A DNA stretch of 64,000 nt from an uncultured Alistipes sp. (GCA_964638475.1 CAZXAZ010000001.1:110640-174639), one strand, 5' to 3'; positions 51,424 to 61,422 are shown, counted from the first letter of the stretch. The notes: generated from the letters alone by a model not told the origin. Made by a program: numbers and translations.

Positions 51424-53916
51424 TTAATAATTGAGTTTGATATCGTCGATATAGAGTGACGAGCCCGTAAAGCGACCATCTGAGAGGTTCGTAGCGGGAG
51501 GATAGCTTAGCCAATCTGTGGTGTTATTTGTTGCAGCTTCGGGGTTGCCACTTGATTTAAACACAACCTGAATTGAAGCAGCTTGTGCGCAAGGAACTTC
51601 ATATAAATCCGTTAGGCCGATTGTTGCTTTTGTATATTCTGCAACTGCAGCTAACTGCATATCTTTTTCAGCTAAGATATTACCACCGTTATCAAGAACT
51701 TTGATAGAGGCGTAGCCATAGTCTGCATCATTTTTCTTAGAATACTTATACCAGAATTCAAGAGATGCAGGGCGATTTGTGTATGAGTAGCCGTATGTGG
51801 GAGATTGAGTATCCTCGTTGTATGAACCAAGGTATAGTTCTCCTACGGTTATTTTCTTAGGCTTTGAAAAAAGATCGGCGTTATTGTCTTTGCCCCATCC
51901 TATGGTTTCAATAATTGCAGCTGAAGAGCCGGCATGTACGCTTCCGGTTTCTTGGCGAGTGCCGGAAAATGCTGCATAAGCAGTGCCTGAGTGATCACCA
52001 AACCAACTTCTATCGGTTCCGCCTTCAGAAGTAGTAAGGATATTCATAGTACCCCAGATTGCTGCGTCTTTAGACGCTCCGGCATATTCAGTCCACCAGT
52101 ATTTGGTTTGACCATCGGTGCGAGACCAAGTTTCCATATCGGAGTTGGCGAGCTGTGCGCCGGTTTCGGTGGTGAAGGTGTAGATAGAGGAGAGGTTGCC
52201 GTCGCATGTTGCGCGCACTTTGTAGCTTGTGCCTCCGGTTAATCCTTTGATGAGATAACGGTTGGAGGCGAGCTTGGTTGATGTAGCGGCGCCCCATGTT
52301 TTGCCGTTGTCGGCTGAAATCTCAAATGTTACGATCTCGGGCTCTTCGGCTGAACGAGTAGAGGCGTTATATTTGAGGTCGAGAGCGGCTTGCCAACCAT
52401 ATACTCCGTTTTCAACTGCTTCAAGCGAATATGGGCTTGTAGCGTGAGTTACGGTGAAGTTGGTTATTACTGTTCCCAATGAGAGACGCATCTGAAGGTC
52501 TTGATCTGAAGAGGGAACGGTTGCTACTACATGATATTTGTTCTCTGCGCCGGAAACTGCTTCGCATGATGTGATTGCGCAGTTATCCCAAGTGTTGCGG
52601 GGGTTCTTAACTTGTAACTTGATGTCGTTGAGGCTTGAAGCGTTTGTTTCGATATCAAATTCGAGTGTGGTTGCCCATTGATAGATGTTGTTGAGCTCTA
52701 CAACTTCGAGGCTTGTGGTTACAGCTTCAACAGAGAAGCTGATTGCTTGCTCGGCAACGCGAGAGTTGCGGTCAATCACTTGGATGGTGAATGACGTTGA
52801 GTTTTCAGCATCTTCGGTATATTGGATATTTGGCAGGAGGTTGGTGAAATCAATAAGCGCCATCTTGTCGGGACGGTTTGTGCCGACGAGCTTCAAACCG
52901 AGGCCTTGCATAAGGGCGATTTTAGACTGATCGCCGCTTACGAGGTCGATTTCAGTGGGCCAACCGAGCGACTGTAGGTAGGCTGATGTTGTTGTTAGGG
53001 TAATACCACTGATTCCGCCTTGAGCGATAGCTGTTACTTGAATCTTCTGGTTAGAAACTTCGCCTGGCATGATTGACCAATGGTCTCCGTTGTTGAAGCC
53101 TTCGGCGTTGAGGCGAGGAATCGGAGCGTTTAGAATAGCATCGCTGAGGTCGATTTCAACATCCTCAAGGTTTGTCATTTCGTCGTATGTCAAGACGATA
53201 GAGCCGTCGCCGGCTTCGCTACCGTTGATGTCGAATTTCAAGACATAGCTGTGGCGCGCTTCAGCGGTGAAGCTTTTGGGTTGAAGAGTAGCGGTTGTGC
53301 CGTTCTTTTTTGTGATAGTGATTGTTGCGGTAATCTGACCTGGTGAGAGATATACCGAGCGAGTTTCTCCGTCGGGGTAGGCGATTTCGTTGCCGAGTTC
53401 TGAACGGAGAGTTAATGAATAGGCGGTGAAATAGTTGCGGAACATGTCTGACATTTCAACGCGCACCATTGTGTTAGCTAAAGAAGCTGTAACACTGACC
53501 GGAGTGGTTTTGTTTTCTTCGATTGTCAGAGATGAACTGCCATAGTAGTAGGGGCATTCGAAGCCTTCGTTTTCAAGGGCTCCGTAATATGCTTCAAGTG
53601 TGTATTTCCCAACGGGAATCGAAACCGGATCGCTAAATTCAGCGGCAGTAGCCCATTCGCGAGAAAATGAGGCGTACTCAGATGTGAGTTTAAGCGATAG
53701 GTTAGATGCTGAAACCGACTGTGCTTCGGCACGAGAAAGAGGGGCGGTTTGCTTGTTTTGAGTAGAGGTTACGACATCGCTGTCGAGGTCTACAGAAACA
53801 AGGAGCTTCCCATCCATGTCGGTTGTCGGACGGTAGTCGTCGCAAGAAACCAATGAGCTAGTCAGCCCAAGGCCTCCGGCTGCGCTAAGCAGTCCGATCA
53901 GAAGTTGTTTCTTCAT
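51424..53916 (-). CDS. Surface lipoprotein: DUF4493-like + Ig-like + FN3 + PCMD-like domain
   Basis: Lipobox LVSC-DD; LSRA; PYYYGSS..ASLANTMVRV; GLTGGTSYKV; QLANSDMETW; SLYIDDIKLNY. Confidence 0.8.
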   Translation of the reverse strand: MKKQLLIGLLSAAGGLGLTSSLVSCDDYRPTTDMDGKLLVSVDLDSDVVTSTQNKQTAPLSRAEAQSVSASNLSLKLTSEYASFSREWATAAEFSDPVSIPVGKYTLEAYYGALENEGFECPYYYGSSSLTIEENKTTPVSVTASLANTMVRVEMSDMFRNYFTAYSLTLRSELGNEIAYPDGETRSVYLSPGQITATITITKKNGTTATLQPKSFTAEARHSYVLKFDINGSEAGDGSIVLTYDEMTNLEDVEIDLSDAILNAPIPRLNAEGFNNGDHWSIMPGEVSNQKIQVTAIAQGGISGITLTTTSAYLQSLGWPTEIDLVSGDQSKIALMQGLGLKLVGTNRPDKMALIDFTNLLPNIQYTEDAENSTSFTIQVIDRNSRVAEQAISFSVEAVTTSLEVVELNNIYQWATTLEFDIETNASSLNDIKLQVKNPRNTWDNCAITSCEAVSGAENKYHVVATVPSSDQDLQMRLSLGTVITNFTVTHATSPYSLEAVENGVYGWQAALDLKYNASTRSAEEPEIVTFEISADNGKTWGAATSTKLASNRYLIKGLTGGTSYKVRATCDGNLSSIYTFTTETGAQLANSDMETWSRTDGQTKYWWTEYAGASKDAAIWGTMNILTTSEGGTDRSWFGDHSGTAYAAFSGTRQETGSVHAGSSAAIIETIGWGKDNNADLFSKPKKITVGELYLGSYNEDTQSPTYGYSYTNRPASLEFWYKYSKKNDADYGYASIKVLDNGGNILAEKDMQLAAVAEYTKATIGLTDLYEVPCAQAASIQVVFKSSGNPEAATNNTTDWLSYPPATNLSDGRFTGSSLYIDDIKLNY

Positions 53917-54089
53917 ACCTTATTTTTAAAATAAAACTATAAATTGTCAATAGTTAAAATTGTAGTTATACAAATATTGTTCAGTTGAAGTTGTATAAAA
54001 ACCGACAAAATTTCTCTAAATCTTGTCTTATGTAAAGGTGTTATGTGTTCTATTTCAGTGTGGTATTATAGTCCACACCATTTTCGCTA

Positions 54090-54097
54090 CAAATTTA
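54090..54097 (-). promoter_or_regulatory. -7 promoter element (TAAATTTG) for the lipoprotein trio
   Basis: Consensus element about 170 nt upstream of the start; A9 tract in the spacer. Confidence 0.55.
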
Positions 54098-54157
54098 CGA
54101 AAAAAAAAGATAACAATGTTTCAAAATTGTTAAATTATTCGTAAGGGAGAATAAATA

Positions 54158-54191
54158 GCGCCTAACGGACAATCGAAAAGTCGTTAGGCGC
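54158..54191 (-). terminator. Terminator after DEAD-box helicase
   Basis: GCGCCTAACG/CGTTAGGCGC stem. Confidence 0.75.
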
Positions 54192-54226
54192 AATGATGCT
54201 GTGTTCCCTAGATAGGTCTCCGAAGG

Positions 54227-55510
54227 TTATTGGTTTGGGTTGCGCTGATTTTCGCTCTGTTTCGGTTTTGTCGAGTTCTTGCGCTTGTAGCCGTTTCGGT
54301 ATCCGGGTTTGTTGTTATGTTTTGCTTGGTGGGGAGATTGTTGGGTGTTGGCGTTGCGTTTTCGATCTGTTGTTGAACGAGGAGCTGATTTAGGACGGTT
54401 TTCGGCAGCAATTTCGATTTTGAGGGTTGACTCAACGCGCGAAAATGCGCGGTGGTCGCGTGGGCTGACGATTGTTATGGCTTCTCCGTTGGCGTTGGCG
54501 CGAGCAGTGCGGCCGACACGATGGACGTAATCTTCCGGTTCGCGGGGCACGTCATAGTTGACCACGAGCATTACTTCGTCGATGTCGATTCCGCGGGCGA
54601 GGAGGTCTGTCGCAACGATAACTTCAATTCTGCCGCTACGGAATCCGCGAATTGTCTCTTCTCGTTGTTGTTGGTCGAGGTCGGAGTGAATTTCTGCTGC
54701 TTTGATTGCATTTCGGCGTAGGTTGCGACATAGATCTCTGACGCCGTGTTTAGATGCGGCAAAGACGATTACGCGTTCGCCTCTGTGTTGTTTGAGTATT
54801 TCGATTAGCTTGCTCTCTTTTTTATCTTCGTTGCAGAAGATTGCTGACTGTTTGATTTTCTCGACCGGGCGCGATGGGGCGATTTTGATTTCGACGGGAT
54901 TTTTTAGCAATGATTGGGCAAGTTTGCGAATTTTCGGGGGCATTGTTGCTGAGAAGAGTAGGGTTTGGCGCTCTTCGGGAAGCAACTTTGCGATTGCCAT
55001 GATGTCGTCATAAAAGCCCATGTCGAGCATGCGGTCGGCTTCATCGAGAATGAAATATTTTACTTTAGAGAGGTCGATGCCGCCCATTTGAATGAGGGCT
55101 TGTAGGCGTCCGGGGGTGGCGATGACTACGTCGGCGCCTTCTTTCATTCCTTTTTGTTGACGAGCGAAGCCGGCACCGTCTGTGCCGCCATAAACGGCGA
55201 TGCTTGAAATGGGCAGATAATAACTAAATCCGTCCATTTGTCGTTCGATTTGTTGCACTAACTCGCGGGTTGGTGCCATTACGATGCAGTTGACGAAGCC
55301 GTCAGCTTCCGGCAGTTCGGCGAGTAAATCGATTGTCGGAAGTAGATACGCAGCTGTTTTGCCTGTGCCGGTTTGGGCAATGGCTATAAGGTCGTGGCGG
55401 TCAAGCACCACCGGAATTGCTTGTTCCTGAATAGGAGTACATTCCTCGAAGTGCATGGCGTATAGCGCATCGAGGAGGTCATCGCTTAAGTCGAAGTCTT
55501 CAAATAACAT
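54227..55510 (-). CDS. DEAD-box RNA helicase
   Basis: Q motif, AQTGTGKT, PTREL, TPGRL, DEAD, SAT, ARGID, HRVGRTAR; basic C-terminal tail. Confidence 0.97.
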   Translation of the reverse strand: MLFEDFDLSDDLLDALYAMHFEECTPIQEQAIPVVLDRHDLIAIAQTGTGKTAAYLLPTIDLLAELPEADGFVNCIVMAPTRELVQQIERQMDGFSYYLPISSIAVYGGTDGAGFARQQKGMKEGADVVIATPGRLQALIQMGGIDLSKVKYFILDEADRMLDMGFYDDIMAIAKLLPEERQTLLFSATMPPKIRKLAQSLLKNPVEIKIAPSRPVEKIKQSAIFCNEDKKESKLIEILKQHRGERVIVFAASKHGVRDLCRNLRRNAIKAAEIHSDLDQQQREETIRGFRSGRIEVIVATDLLARGIDIDEVMLVVNYDVPREPEDYVHRVGRTARANANGEAITIVSPRDHRAFSRVESTLKIEIAAENRPKSAPRSTTDRKRNANTQQSPHQAKHNNKPGYRNGYKRKNSTKPKQSENQRNPNQ

Positions 55511-55640
55511 AGCGACAAAGTTACAAATATTTAATTGAAAAATCTCTTGATTTTATAATAAATCAGTCATAAGGTCGTTAATCTTGTAGCGCCCTCATGA
55601 AGGGTAGATAAATTTGCATAATTTTATTTATCACTATAAG

Positions 55641-57569
55641 ATGAAAAAAGGACTCATATCGCTGTCAATCCTCTTGGGATCGGCTCTTATGGCCCAAGCG
55701 AAAGGTGCTTCAGACCCCGTGCTGATGACTGTCGGAGGCAAGCCCGTGACTCTCAGTGAATTTGAATATCTTTATCACAAGAACAATGTTCAACAGTCAA
55801 CTCCCCAAGATATTGAGGAGTATCTGAAGTTGTTTATCTCGTATCGTCAGAAGGTTGCTGCAGCCGAAGATTTGGGCCTCGACCAAACCGAGTCATTCCG
55901 AAAAGAGTTTAAGACTTATCGTAACGACTTGTCTGCGCCATATTTGGTAGACAAAGCTGTTGAAGATAGTATTCTTCAAGCTCAATATGAGCGTATGAAG
56001 GAGGATGTTGATGTTAGCCACATTATGGTTTTCTTCCAAGCTCCCGGAAAGTCGCTTGAGCAGAAAAAGGCGTTGATGGATTCTCTTCTGACTTGTCTTA
56101 ACGCGGGTGAGAACTTTGATTCGCTTGCAATCAAATATTCGGGCGATATGGGCTCTGCCTCTAAGGGTGGTCATATGGGCTTCATTAAGGCGAATCGTTA
56201 CCCCGCTGCTTTCGAGGATGCTGCTTATACGGTTGCCGTAGGTAGCTATTCCGGTGTAATCTCAACCCCGATGGGTTATCATATTGTTAAGGTAAATGGT
56301 CGTCGTCCGGCTCGCGGTCAAGTTTTGGTTGAACATATTCTTCGATTGACTCGCGGTAAATCAGCAGAGGAAGCGCAAGCCCAGAAACAATATATCGATT
56401 CTCTCTATTCGCTAGTTACGAATGGCGCAAGTTTCGAAGATGTAGCAACGGCAAATTCGGAAGATCCGGGTTCAGCTTCACAAGGCGGACGTCTTCCGTG
56501 GTTCGGAGTAGGTCAGATGGTGCCTCAGTTTGAGGATGTTGCGTTCTCTTTGGCTGACAATGAGATTTCTGAGCCTTTTGAAACCGCATATGGTTATCAT
56601 ATCATCAAGCGTCTAGAAGGCAAAGGTATCGATTCATTTGAGCAAGCTAAATCTGCGATTACAAGCTTTATTTCTCGCGACGAACGCGGTCAGCTTCCGG
56701 CTAAGCGCAAACTCGCTCAGTTAAAGAATGAATATAAGGCGAAAGTTGAGACCAAGACTCTTGCCAAACTTTCAAAGCAGATTGAAGAAATCGGTGGCGT
56801 TGACTCTGTAATGTTGGCGTCGTTCCAATCATCTGATGTTGTTGTTGCTAAAGTAGGCAAACAGAAGATTGTTTTGTCAGAGGTTATGGCGAAAGAACTT
56901 CCGAATGGTTTTGCCGGAGGTGTTGAGCAGCAGATTGCTCAACTTGAGGGCGCAGTTAATCGTAGCCTTGATGCCGCTGTAATTGCTGCCAAACAAGATA
57001 ATTTGATGGCTGAAGATCCTTCATATCGCAACCTCGTTAATGAGTATCGCGACGGTATGTTGATGTTTGAGGTTCAAGATCGTTTCGTCTGGTCAAAAGC
57101 AAAAGCAGACCAAGAAGGTCTTGAAGCTTATTTCAACGCAAATCGCGGAAAATATACATGGGATTCTCCTAGATTCAAATCTCGTATTATTTTCGCCGAG
57201 TCAGACTCTGTTCTCTCTGATGTTAAGGCTTATTTATCAAAGAATAGTGTAGCCGCAGATTCGTTGATGACAGACTTGCGCAAGCAATTTGGTAAGGCGG
57301 TTAAGGTAGAGCGTGTGCTTGCCGCAAAGGGAGAAAATCAGATTACAGACTATCTCGGTTTCGGTGCTGAAAAGCCTGAAGCTAATGGACGTTGGAAATC
57401 ATATATGGCATATGAGCCTAAATTGATTGATCAACCAGAGGAGGCTGCTGATGTTCGCGGTGTCGTAATCACTGATTACCAAGATTTCCTTCTCGAGCAA
57501 TGGGTAAAAGAACTCGAAGTTAAATACCCTGCTGAAGTAAACAAGAAAGTGCTTTCGAAAGCTAAATGA
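55641..57569 (+). CDS. Periplasmic parvulin-type peptidyl-prolyl isomerase (SurA/PpiC-like)
   Basis: Signal peptide; two rotamase domains (SHIM..GGHMG..GYHI; EHIL..GGRLP..GYHII); start set at MKKGL. Confidence 0.92.
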   Translation: MKKGLISLSILLGSALMAQAKGASDPVLMTVGGKPVTLSEFEYLYHKNNVQQSTPQDIEEYLKLFISYRQKVAAAEDLGLDQTESFRKEFKTYRNDLSAPYLVDKAVEDSILQAQYERMKEDVDVSHIMVFFQAPGKSLEQKKALMDSLLTCLNAGENFDSLAIKYSGDMGSASKGGHMGFIKANRYPAAFEDAAYTVAVGSYSGVISTPMGYHIVKVNGRRPARGQVLVEHILRLTRGKSAEEAQAQKQYIDSLYSLVTNGASFEDVATANSEDPGSASQGGRLPWFGVGQMVPQFEDVAFSLADNEISEPFETAYGYHIIKRLEGKGIDSFEQAKSAITSFISRDERGQLPAKRKLAQLKNEYKAKVETKTLAKLSKQIEEIGGVDSVMLASFQSSDVVVAKVGKQKIVLSEVMAKELPNGFAGGVEQQIAQLEGAVNRSLDAAVIAAKQDNLMAEDPSYRNLVNEYRDGMLMFEVQDRFVWSKAKADQEGLEAYFNANRGKYTWDSPRFKSRIIFAESDSVLSDVKAYLSKNSVAADSLMTDLRKQFGKAVKVERVLAAKGENQITDYLGFGAEKPEANGRWKSYMAYEPKLIDQPEEAADVRGVVITDYQDFLLEQWVKELEVKYPAEVNKKVLSKAK

Positions 57570-57591
57570 TATAGTGAATTTATCATAAATT

Positions 57592-57626
57592 AAATAAGGC
57601 GCCGAGCATTGCTCGGCGCCTTATTT
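57592..57626. terminator. Bidirectional terminator
   Basis: Perfect stem AAATAAGGCGCCGAGC/GCTCGGCGCCTTATTT between convergent genes. Confidence 0.88.
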
Positions 57627-57668
57627 GATTATTGTTGGCTTTTTTTTGTAGGATTTAGTGTCGCCTGA

Positions 57669-58403
57669 TTATGGGCAGGGAGAAGGAATGAAATGGTGGT
57701 GTGACGTGCATTCATGGATAGAATGGTCGACGATGATGTGGCGTGTCGCCATTCCGGAAATGACGCTCATTTCGTGTGAAACAAGTAGAATTGTTGTAGA
57801 CGGAGGTAGAGAGTTGATGAGGTTGTAAAGCTTGTTTTCGAATCTCTTATCGATGTAGCTGAGCGGCTCGTCAAGCACGAGAATTGAGGGGTGTGAGATG
57901 AGCGCTCTGCCGAGCAGGGCTCTTTGAAGCTGTCCGCCCGAGAGGGTGCCGATTGTTTGTCGAGATTGATCTGAAAGGTCAACTAGTTCAAGTATTTCTT
58001 CGACGCGCTTTTTAAGCGCAGAATTGTCGATTCCTTTTTCTGAGAGTAGGCCGGAGGCAATGACTTCCTCAATGGTGATAGGGAAGCGAGAGTCGATCAT
58101 ATTTTTCTGTGGCAGATAGCCGATAGGTAGGCGCTCGGTTGTTTCGCCCATTGGGGAGAGGTATTCGACTTTTCCAGAAGTCGGTTTCAATAATTTCAAT
58201 ATGATTCGAAGCAACGTAGTTTTTCCACCACCGTTCGGACCGGTTATAGCTATGAAGTCGCCGTGGTTAATGGTTAGATTAACGTCAGACAAAATGTTGC
58301 GATGTTCCCACTTCATGCCGATGCCGGAGAGACGTATCGCAGGAGTGCTGATTTCTCTTTTCGGAGCGTTTGATGGGGTGTATATATATGAAGGTTCAGT
58401 CAT
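57669..58403 (-). CDS. Zn/Mn ABC transporter ATPase (ZnuC-like)
   Basis: GPNGGGKTT, GYLPQK, LSGGQLQR, LDEP, C-terminal HECTSHHH. Confidence 0.9.
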   Translation of the reverse strand: MTEPSYIYTPSNAPKREISTPAIRLSGIGMKWEHRNILSDVNLTINHGDFIAITGPNGGGKTTLLRIILKLLKPTSGKVEYLSPMGETTERLPIGYLPQKNMIDSRFPITIEEVIASGLLSEKGIDNSALKKRVEEILELVDLSDQSRQTIGTLSGGQLQRALLGRALISHPSILVLDEPLSYIDKRFENKLYNLINSLPPSTTILLVSHEMSVISGMATRHIIVDHSIHECTSHHHFIPSPCP

Positions 58404-58440
58404 TTCTTTGTGAAATAAATGGTCGAACGATTTCAGCTAA

Positions 58441-59373
58441 TTATTCTTTGATAGTAGCGATTAGGGCGTCGGCGGCTTTGCGCACTGCGTCTTCGACGTT
58501 TGGCGACAAGGGGGCAATTACAATGGGGTTAAGTCCGGTTGCGTCGGTAATAGTTTGTGATTGACGACTGTCGTATTCTTTTTGATAGAAAAACACTAAC
58601 GGTTTGTCTGTCTTTACTTTGTCGAGCCGATTTTTGAGGTCTGTGATAGAAAACTCTTTGTGCTCTTGTCCGACAGCGAGTTGGCGTAGGTCGTAGTCGC
58701 GCGAAAAATAGCTTAGGGATGGATGCCAGACAAGTATTGCTTCACCTTTTAGCGGGGATAGTTTTGCTGAGATTTCGCGGTCGATCGAGTCGAGATGTAT
58801 ATCGATAGAATCGAGTCTCGCTTTGAAATAGTCAGTGTCGTTGGGGAATTGTCCGGCCAATGCGCGAAATGTCGTATGAACCATTATTCGGGCATTGCGG
58901 AGCGATGTCCAGATATGGGGATCGTAATTACTATGATTTTTATGCTCATGCTCGCAATCATGGCTGTGGTGTGTGCCGTGATTGTGTGTCCCTTCTATCA
59001 GATGAATTGAGTCTGAAAGCTCTACGATTCTGATGTTGGGGTTAGATGAGCTGATAGCATTGGTGACTTTTTCTTCGAATGGTAAAAGTCCGACGGTGAA
59101 TAACAATTGAGAATCTGCAGCTTTTCGCAACTGAGCCATAGAGGGCTCAAATGTCTCGGGGTCGGCAGACGCCGGAGCGAGACACTCAACCTTTATTCTG
59201 TCGCCTCCTATGCCTTCTGCAAAATAGGCGAGGGGCGGAATTGAGACCACAACAATTCTTTCGGCGTTGTTGTCGTAGCGGTTGGTAGAGTTAGTGCAAC
59301 TGCCAAGTGACAACGTTAAGCCGAAGATAATAGCTGAAAATGCGTGGAGTTTATGTCTAGAAGAAATTCTCAC
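58441..59373 (-). CDS. Zn/Mn ABC transporter substrate-binding lipoprotein (ZnuA-like)
   Basis: DPETFEP, His-rich loop HNHGTHHSHDCEHEHKNH, DPHIWTS, WHPSLSYF. Confidence 0.92.
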   Translation of the reverse strand: MRISSRHKLHAFSAIIFGLTLSLGSCTNSTNRYDNNAERIVVVSIPPLAYFAEGIGGDRIKVECLAPASADPETFEPSMAQLRKAADSQLLFTVGLLPFEEKVTNAISSSNPNIRIVELSDSIHLIEGTHNHGTHHSHDCEHEHKNHSNYDPHIWTSLRNARIMVHTTFRALAGQFPNDTDYFKARLDSIDIHLDSIDREISAKLSPLKGEAILVWHPSLSYFSRDYDLRQLAVGQEHKEFSITDLKNRLDKVKTDKPLVFFYQKEYDSRQSQTITDATGLNPIVIAPLSPNVEDAVRKAADALIATIKE

Positions 59374-59903
59374 TGGTTGTAAACGACTGTGTGAAGAATC
59401 ATAACAAAACCGGTGGGGTCGGGCAGGGGGCGCGATGTCATTAGCATCAGCGGAAATTCAGACTGACCGGCGCGGTAAGGGGGTTGCCAGTAGGGGAAAT
59501 CTTCCATGGCTGTTAAGCCACAACGCTGATAGAATTTTACGCGTTTTGCGGCTGTCTCAGATTCCTCGGGAAGTTCGACTTCAAGCACCATTGCTTTTTC
59601 GCCGGCAAGTTCAAGCGTTTTCTTGATAACATCCGAACCTAATCCCTTGCCGCGCATGCTGTCGAGTATTGCAAAATGCTCACAGTAAAGCGTTCCGGGA
59701 AGGTTCCAAAGGGTGATAAAACCAACAATTTCTGAATTGTGTTTAATAACATGAAAATTAAAGACCGGGTCTTGTGGATTTACTCTCAAACAAAGCTCTG
59801 ACCAATCGCGGCGTTCACATTCAGGGAATGCGCTATGGTATAATTCTTTGATTTCCAAAGGAATGCTTGCGGGGGAAGTTATTTTTTCAAAAGAGATTTC
59901 CAT
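59370..59903 (-). CDS. GNAT family N-acetyltransferase
   Basis: EHFAI..MRGKGLGS, RVKFYQRCG; 4-bp overlap with the znuA-like start. Confidence 0.88.
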   Translation of the reverse strand: MEISFEKITSPASIPLEIKELYHSAFPECERRDWSELCLRVNPQDPVFNFHVIKHNSEIVGFITLWNLPGTLYCEHFAILDSMRGKGLGSDVIKKTLELAGEKAMVLEVELPEESETAAKRVKFYQRCGLTAMEDFPYWQPPYRAGQSEFPLMLMTSRPLPDPTGFVMILHTVVYNQ

Positions 59904-59997
59904 AAATGTCTTTAAATTTTACAACCACAAATTTAGCCAAAAATTTTCAATACTGATTCATAAATGCAACTTGATGTTAGATTTTAAGCAAAATAAA

Positions 59998-60029
59998 TTT
60001 GTGATTTAAAATGTTTATTCCTAAATTTG
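59998..60029 (+). promoter_or_regulatory. Primary-sigma promoter (TTTG-N20-TAAATTTG) for the Lrp gene
   Basis: Exact -33/-7 consensus and spacing. Confidence 0.7.
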
Positions 60030-60131
60030 TCTCGGAATGAGGTTGAGAGCCTTAAGTAGAAATCTAAATCTACCTTAAAATCAGCCGAAATTTAAACCGA
60101 AAGATAATACTTAACCTAACTGATAATTACC

Positions 60132-60599
60132 ATGGCCCGATTACAAATTGACAAGCTGGATACTAAAATCCTGCAAATGTTGGTAGACAACGGAAGAAAA
60201 CCTTTTCTTGAAATTGCTCGCGAATGTGGCGTAAGTGGAGCTGCAATCCATCAGCGTATCGCCAAGCTTCAAGCAACCAATATTCTTGAAGGTTCACGTG
60301 CATTAATCAAACCAACTACTCTCGGTTACGACACCTGTGCTTTCGTAGGAATCTACCTCAAAGAAGCTGCATCTTTCGACGAAATTGTCGAAAAATTGCA
60401 TATGGTTCCTGAAGTAACCGAAGTACATTTTACTACCGGCCAATATGATATGTTAGTGAAGATATATGCTCGAGATAATGAGCATCTTCTTCATCTTATT
60501 CATGATAAGCTTCAGCCCATGGGTATGCTCCGCACCGAAACAATCGTTTCTTTCCGCGAAGTATTCTCTCGTGCACTTCCCGTTGAGAATAAGGAATAA
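60132..60599 (+). CDS. Lrp/AsnC family transcriptional regulator
   Basis: IDKLDTKIL..NGRKPFLEIA HTH; EVHFTTGQYD RAM domain. Confidence 0.95.
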   Translation: MARLQIDKLDTKILQMLVDNGRKPFLEIARECGVSGAAIHQRIAKLQATNILEGSRALIKPTTLGYDTCAFVGIYLKEAASFDEIVEKLHMVPEVTEVHFTTGQYDMLVKIYARDNEHLLHLIHDKLQPMGMLRTETIVSFREVFSRALPVENKE

Positions 60600-60793
60600 T
60601 ATTAGAGCTTTTTTTCTAGTTTTACCTCGATATATTATAATCTTACATCAACGCCCCGACCATTGCGGTAGGGGCGTTTGATATATAATTATATTGCAAT
60701 TAGTCCTTAATTGGTATATTATTACCATTATATATTACGATAGCAAATTATATAAAAGAAAAAAGTGAGGAAATTTTTCCTCACTTTTCTTTG

Positions 60794-60864
60794 TTGTCTT
60801 GGAGGGATTCGAACCCCCACAGGCGGAACCAGAATCCGACGTGCTACCATTACACCACAAGACA
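60794..60864 (-). tRNA. tRNA-Gln (CTG)
   Basis: 71 nt; acceptor TGTCTTG/CAAGACA, D-arm GTGTAATGGTAGCAC, anticodon loop TTCTGGT, T-loop GGTTCGAATCC; CCA not encoded; TACCTTTG -7 element at 60930-60937. Confidence 0.95.
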
Positions 60865-61257
60865 ATTCGCTTAAATCTTTTTTTAACTCCGCTGAGTTGA
60901 TTTCTGCGGTTGTTGTCGTTTGACGAGTGCAAAGGTATGAACTTTTTTTTAACTGACAAAATATTTTGCTGTTTTTTTTGAAAGTGAACCTGAATTTCTT
61001 TATTAAATATGGTCGAAGAATTTTGTGGTTGGAATACAGCAGACGAATACAGCAATAAGTCTTATGTAAAGAGTAATATTATAATATTAGAGGTTGAATT
61101 TCAGACTTGGTTAATTGGGTTGCAGTTTGATTGATCTCTATTGTTGATTTAAACATTGGCAATATTAAGGTTGTTTAATAGATGTGGGCAATATTTAGGC
61201 CCTAGGTGGGTATAACTTTGCATTATCAAAACAAAACTAACTAAACGAAATTCAACC

Positions 61258-61422
61258 ATGGACTACGATCAGGATTACAGCAGGCTTAACGCAACTGAGA
61301 CCAAATGGTATTGTTTTAATCACGGAGATGGCGCCGAATCAAATGTTGACGCAGGCGAGCAAGGTGTCGTGTGCCCTAATGGAGACCGGATTGTAAAACT
61401 TGATAACGAAGATTTTGATTGA
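61258..61422 (+). CDS. 54-aa acidic Cys/His small protein (not in ORF track)
   Basis: Hand translation MDYDQDYSRLNATETKWYCFNHGDGAESNVDAGEQGVVCPNGDRIVKLDNEDFD; TAACTTTG at 61213-61220 and A-rich 5' UTR. Confidence 0.75.
   Translation: MDYDQDYSRLNATETKWYCFNHGDGAESNVDAGEQGVVCPNGDRIVKLDNEDFD

Noticed and set aside
54100-54108. A9 tract in a promoter spacer as a phase-variation switch
   Set aside because: A-runs next to TAnnTTTG occur at housekeeping promoters here too (e.g. 23190); no invertible repeats or recombinase seen
60600-60864. tRNA-Gln as an island integration site
   Set aside because: No integrase and no duplicated tRNA 3' end seen in the window
60735-61055. 106-aa minus-strand ORF
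   Set aside because: Runs through the tRNA gene and its promoter; spurious
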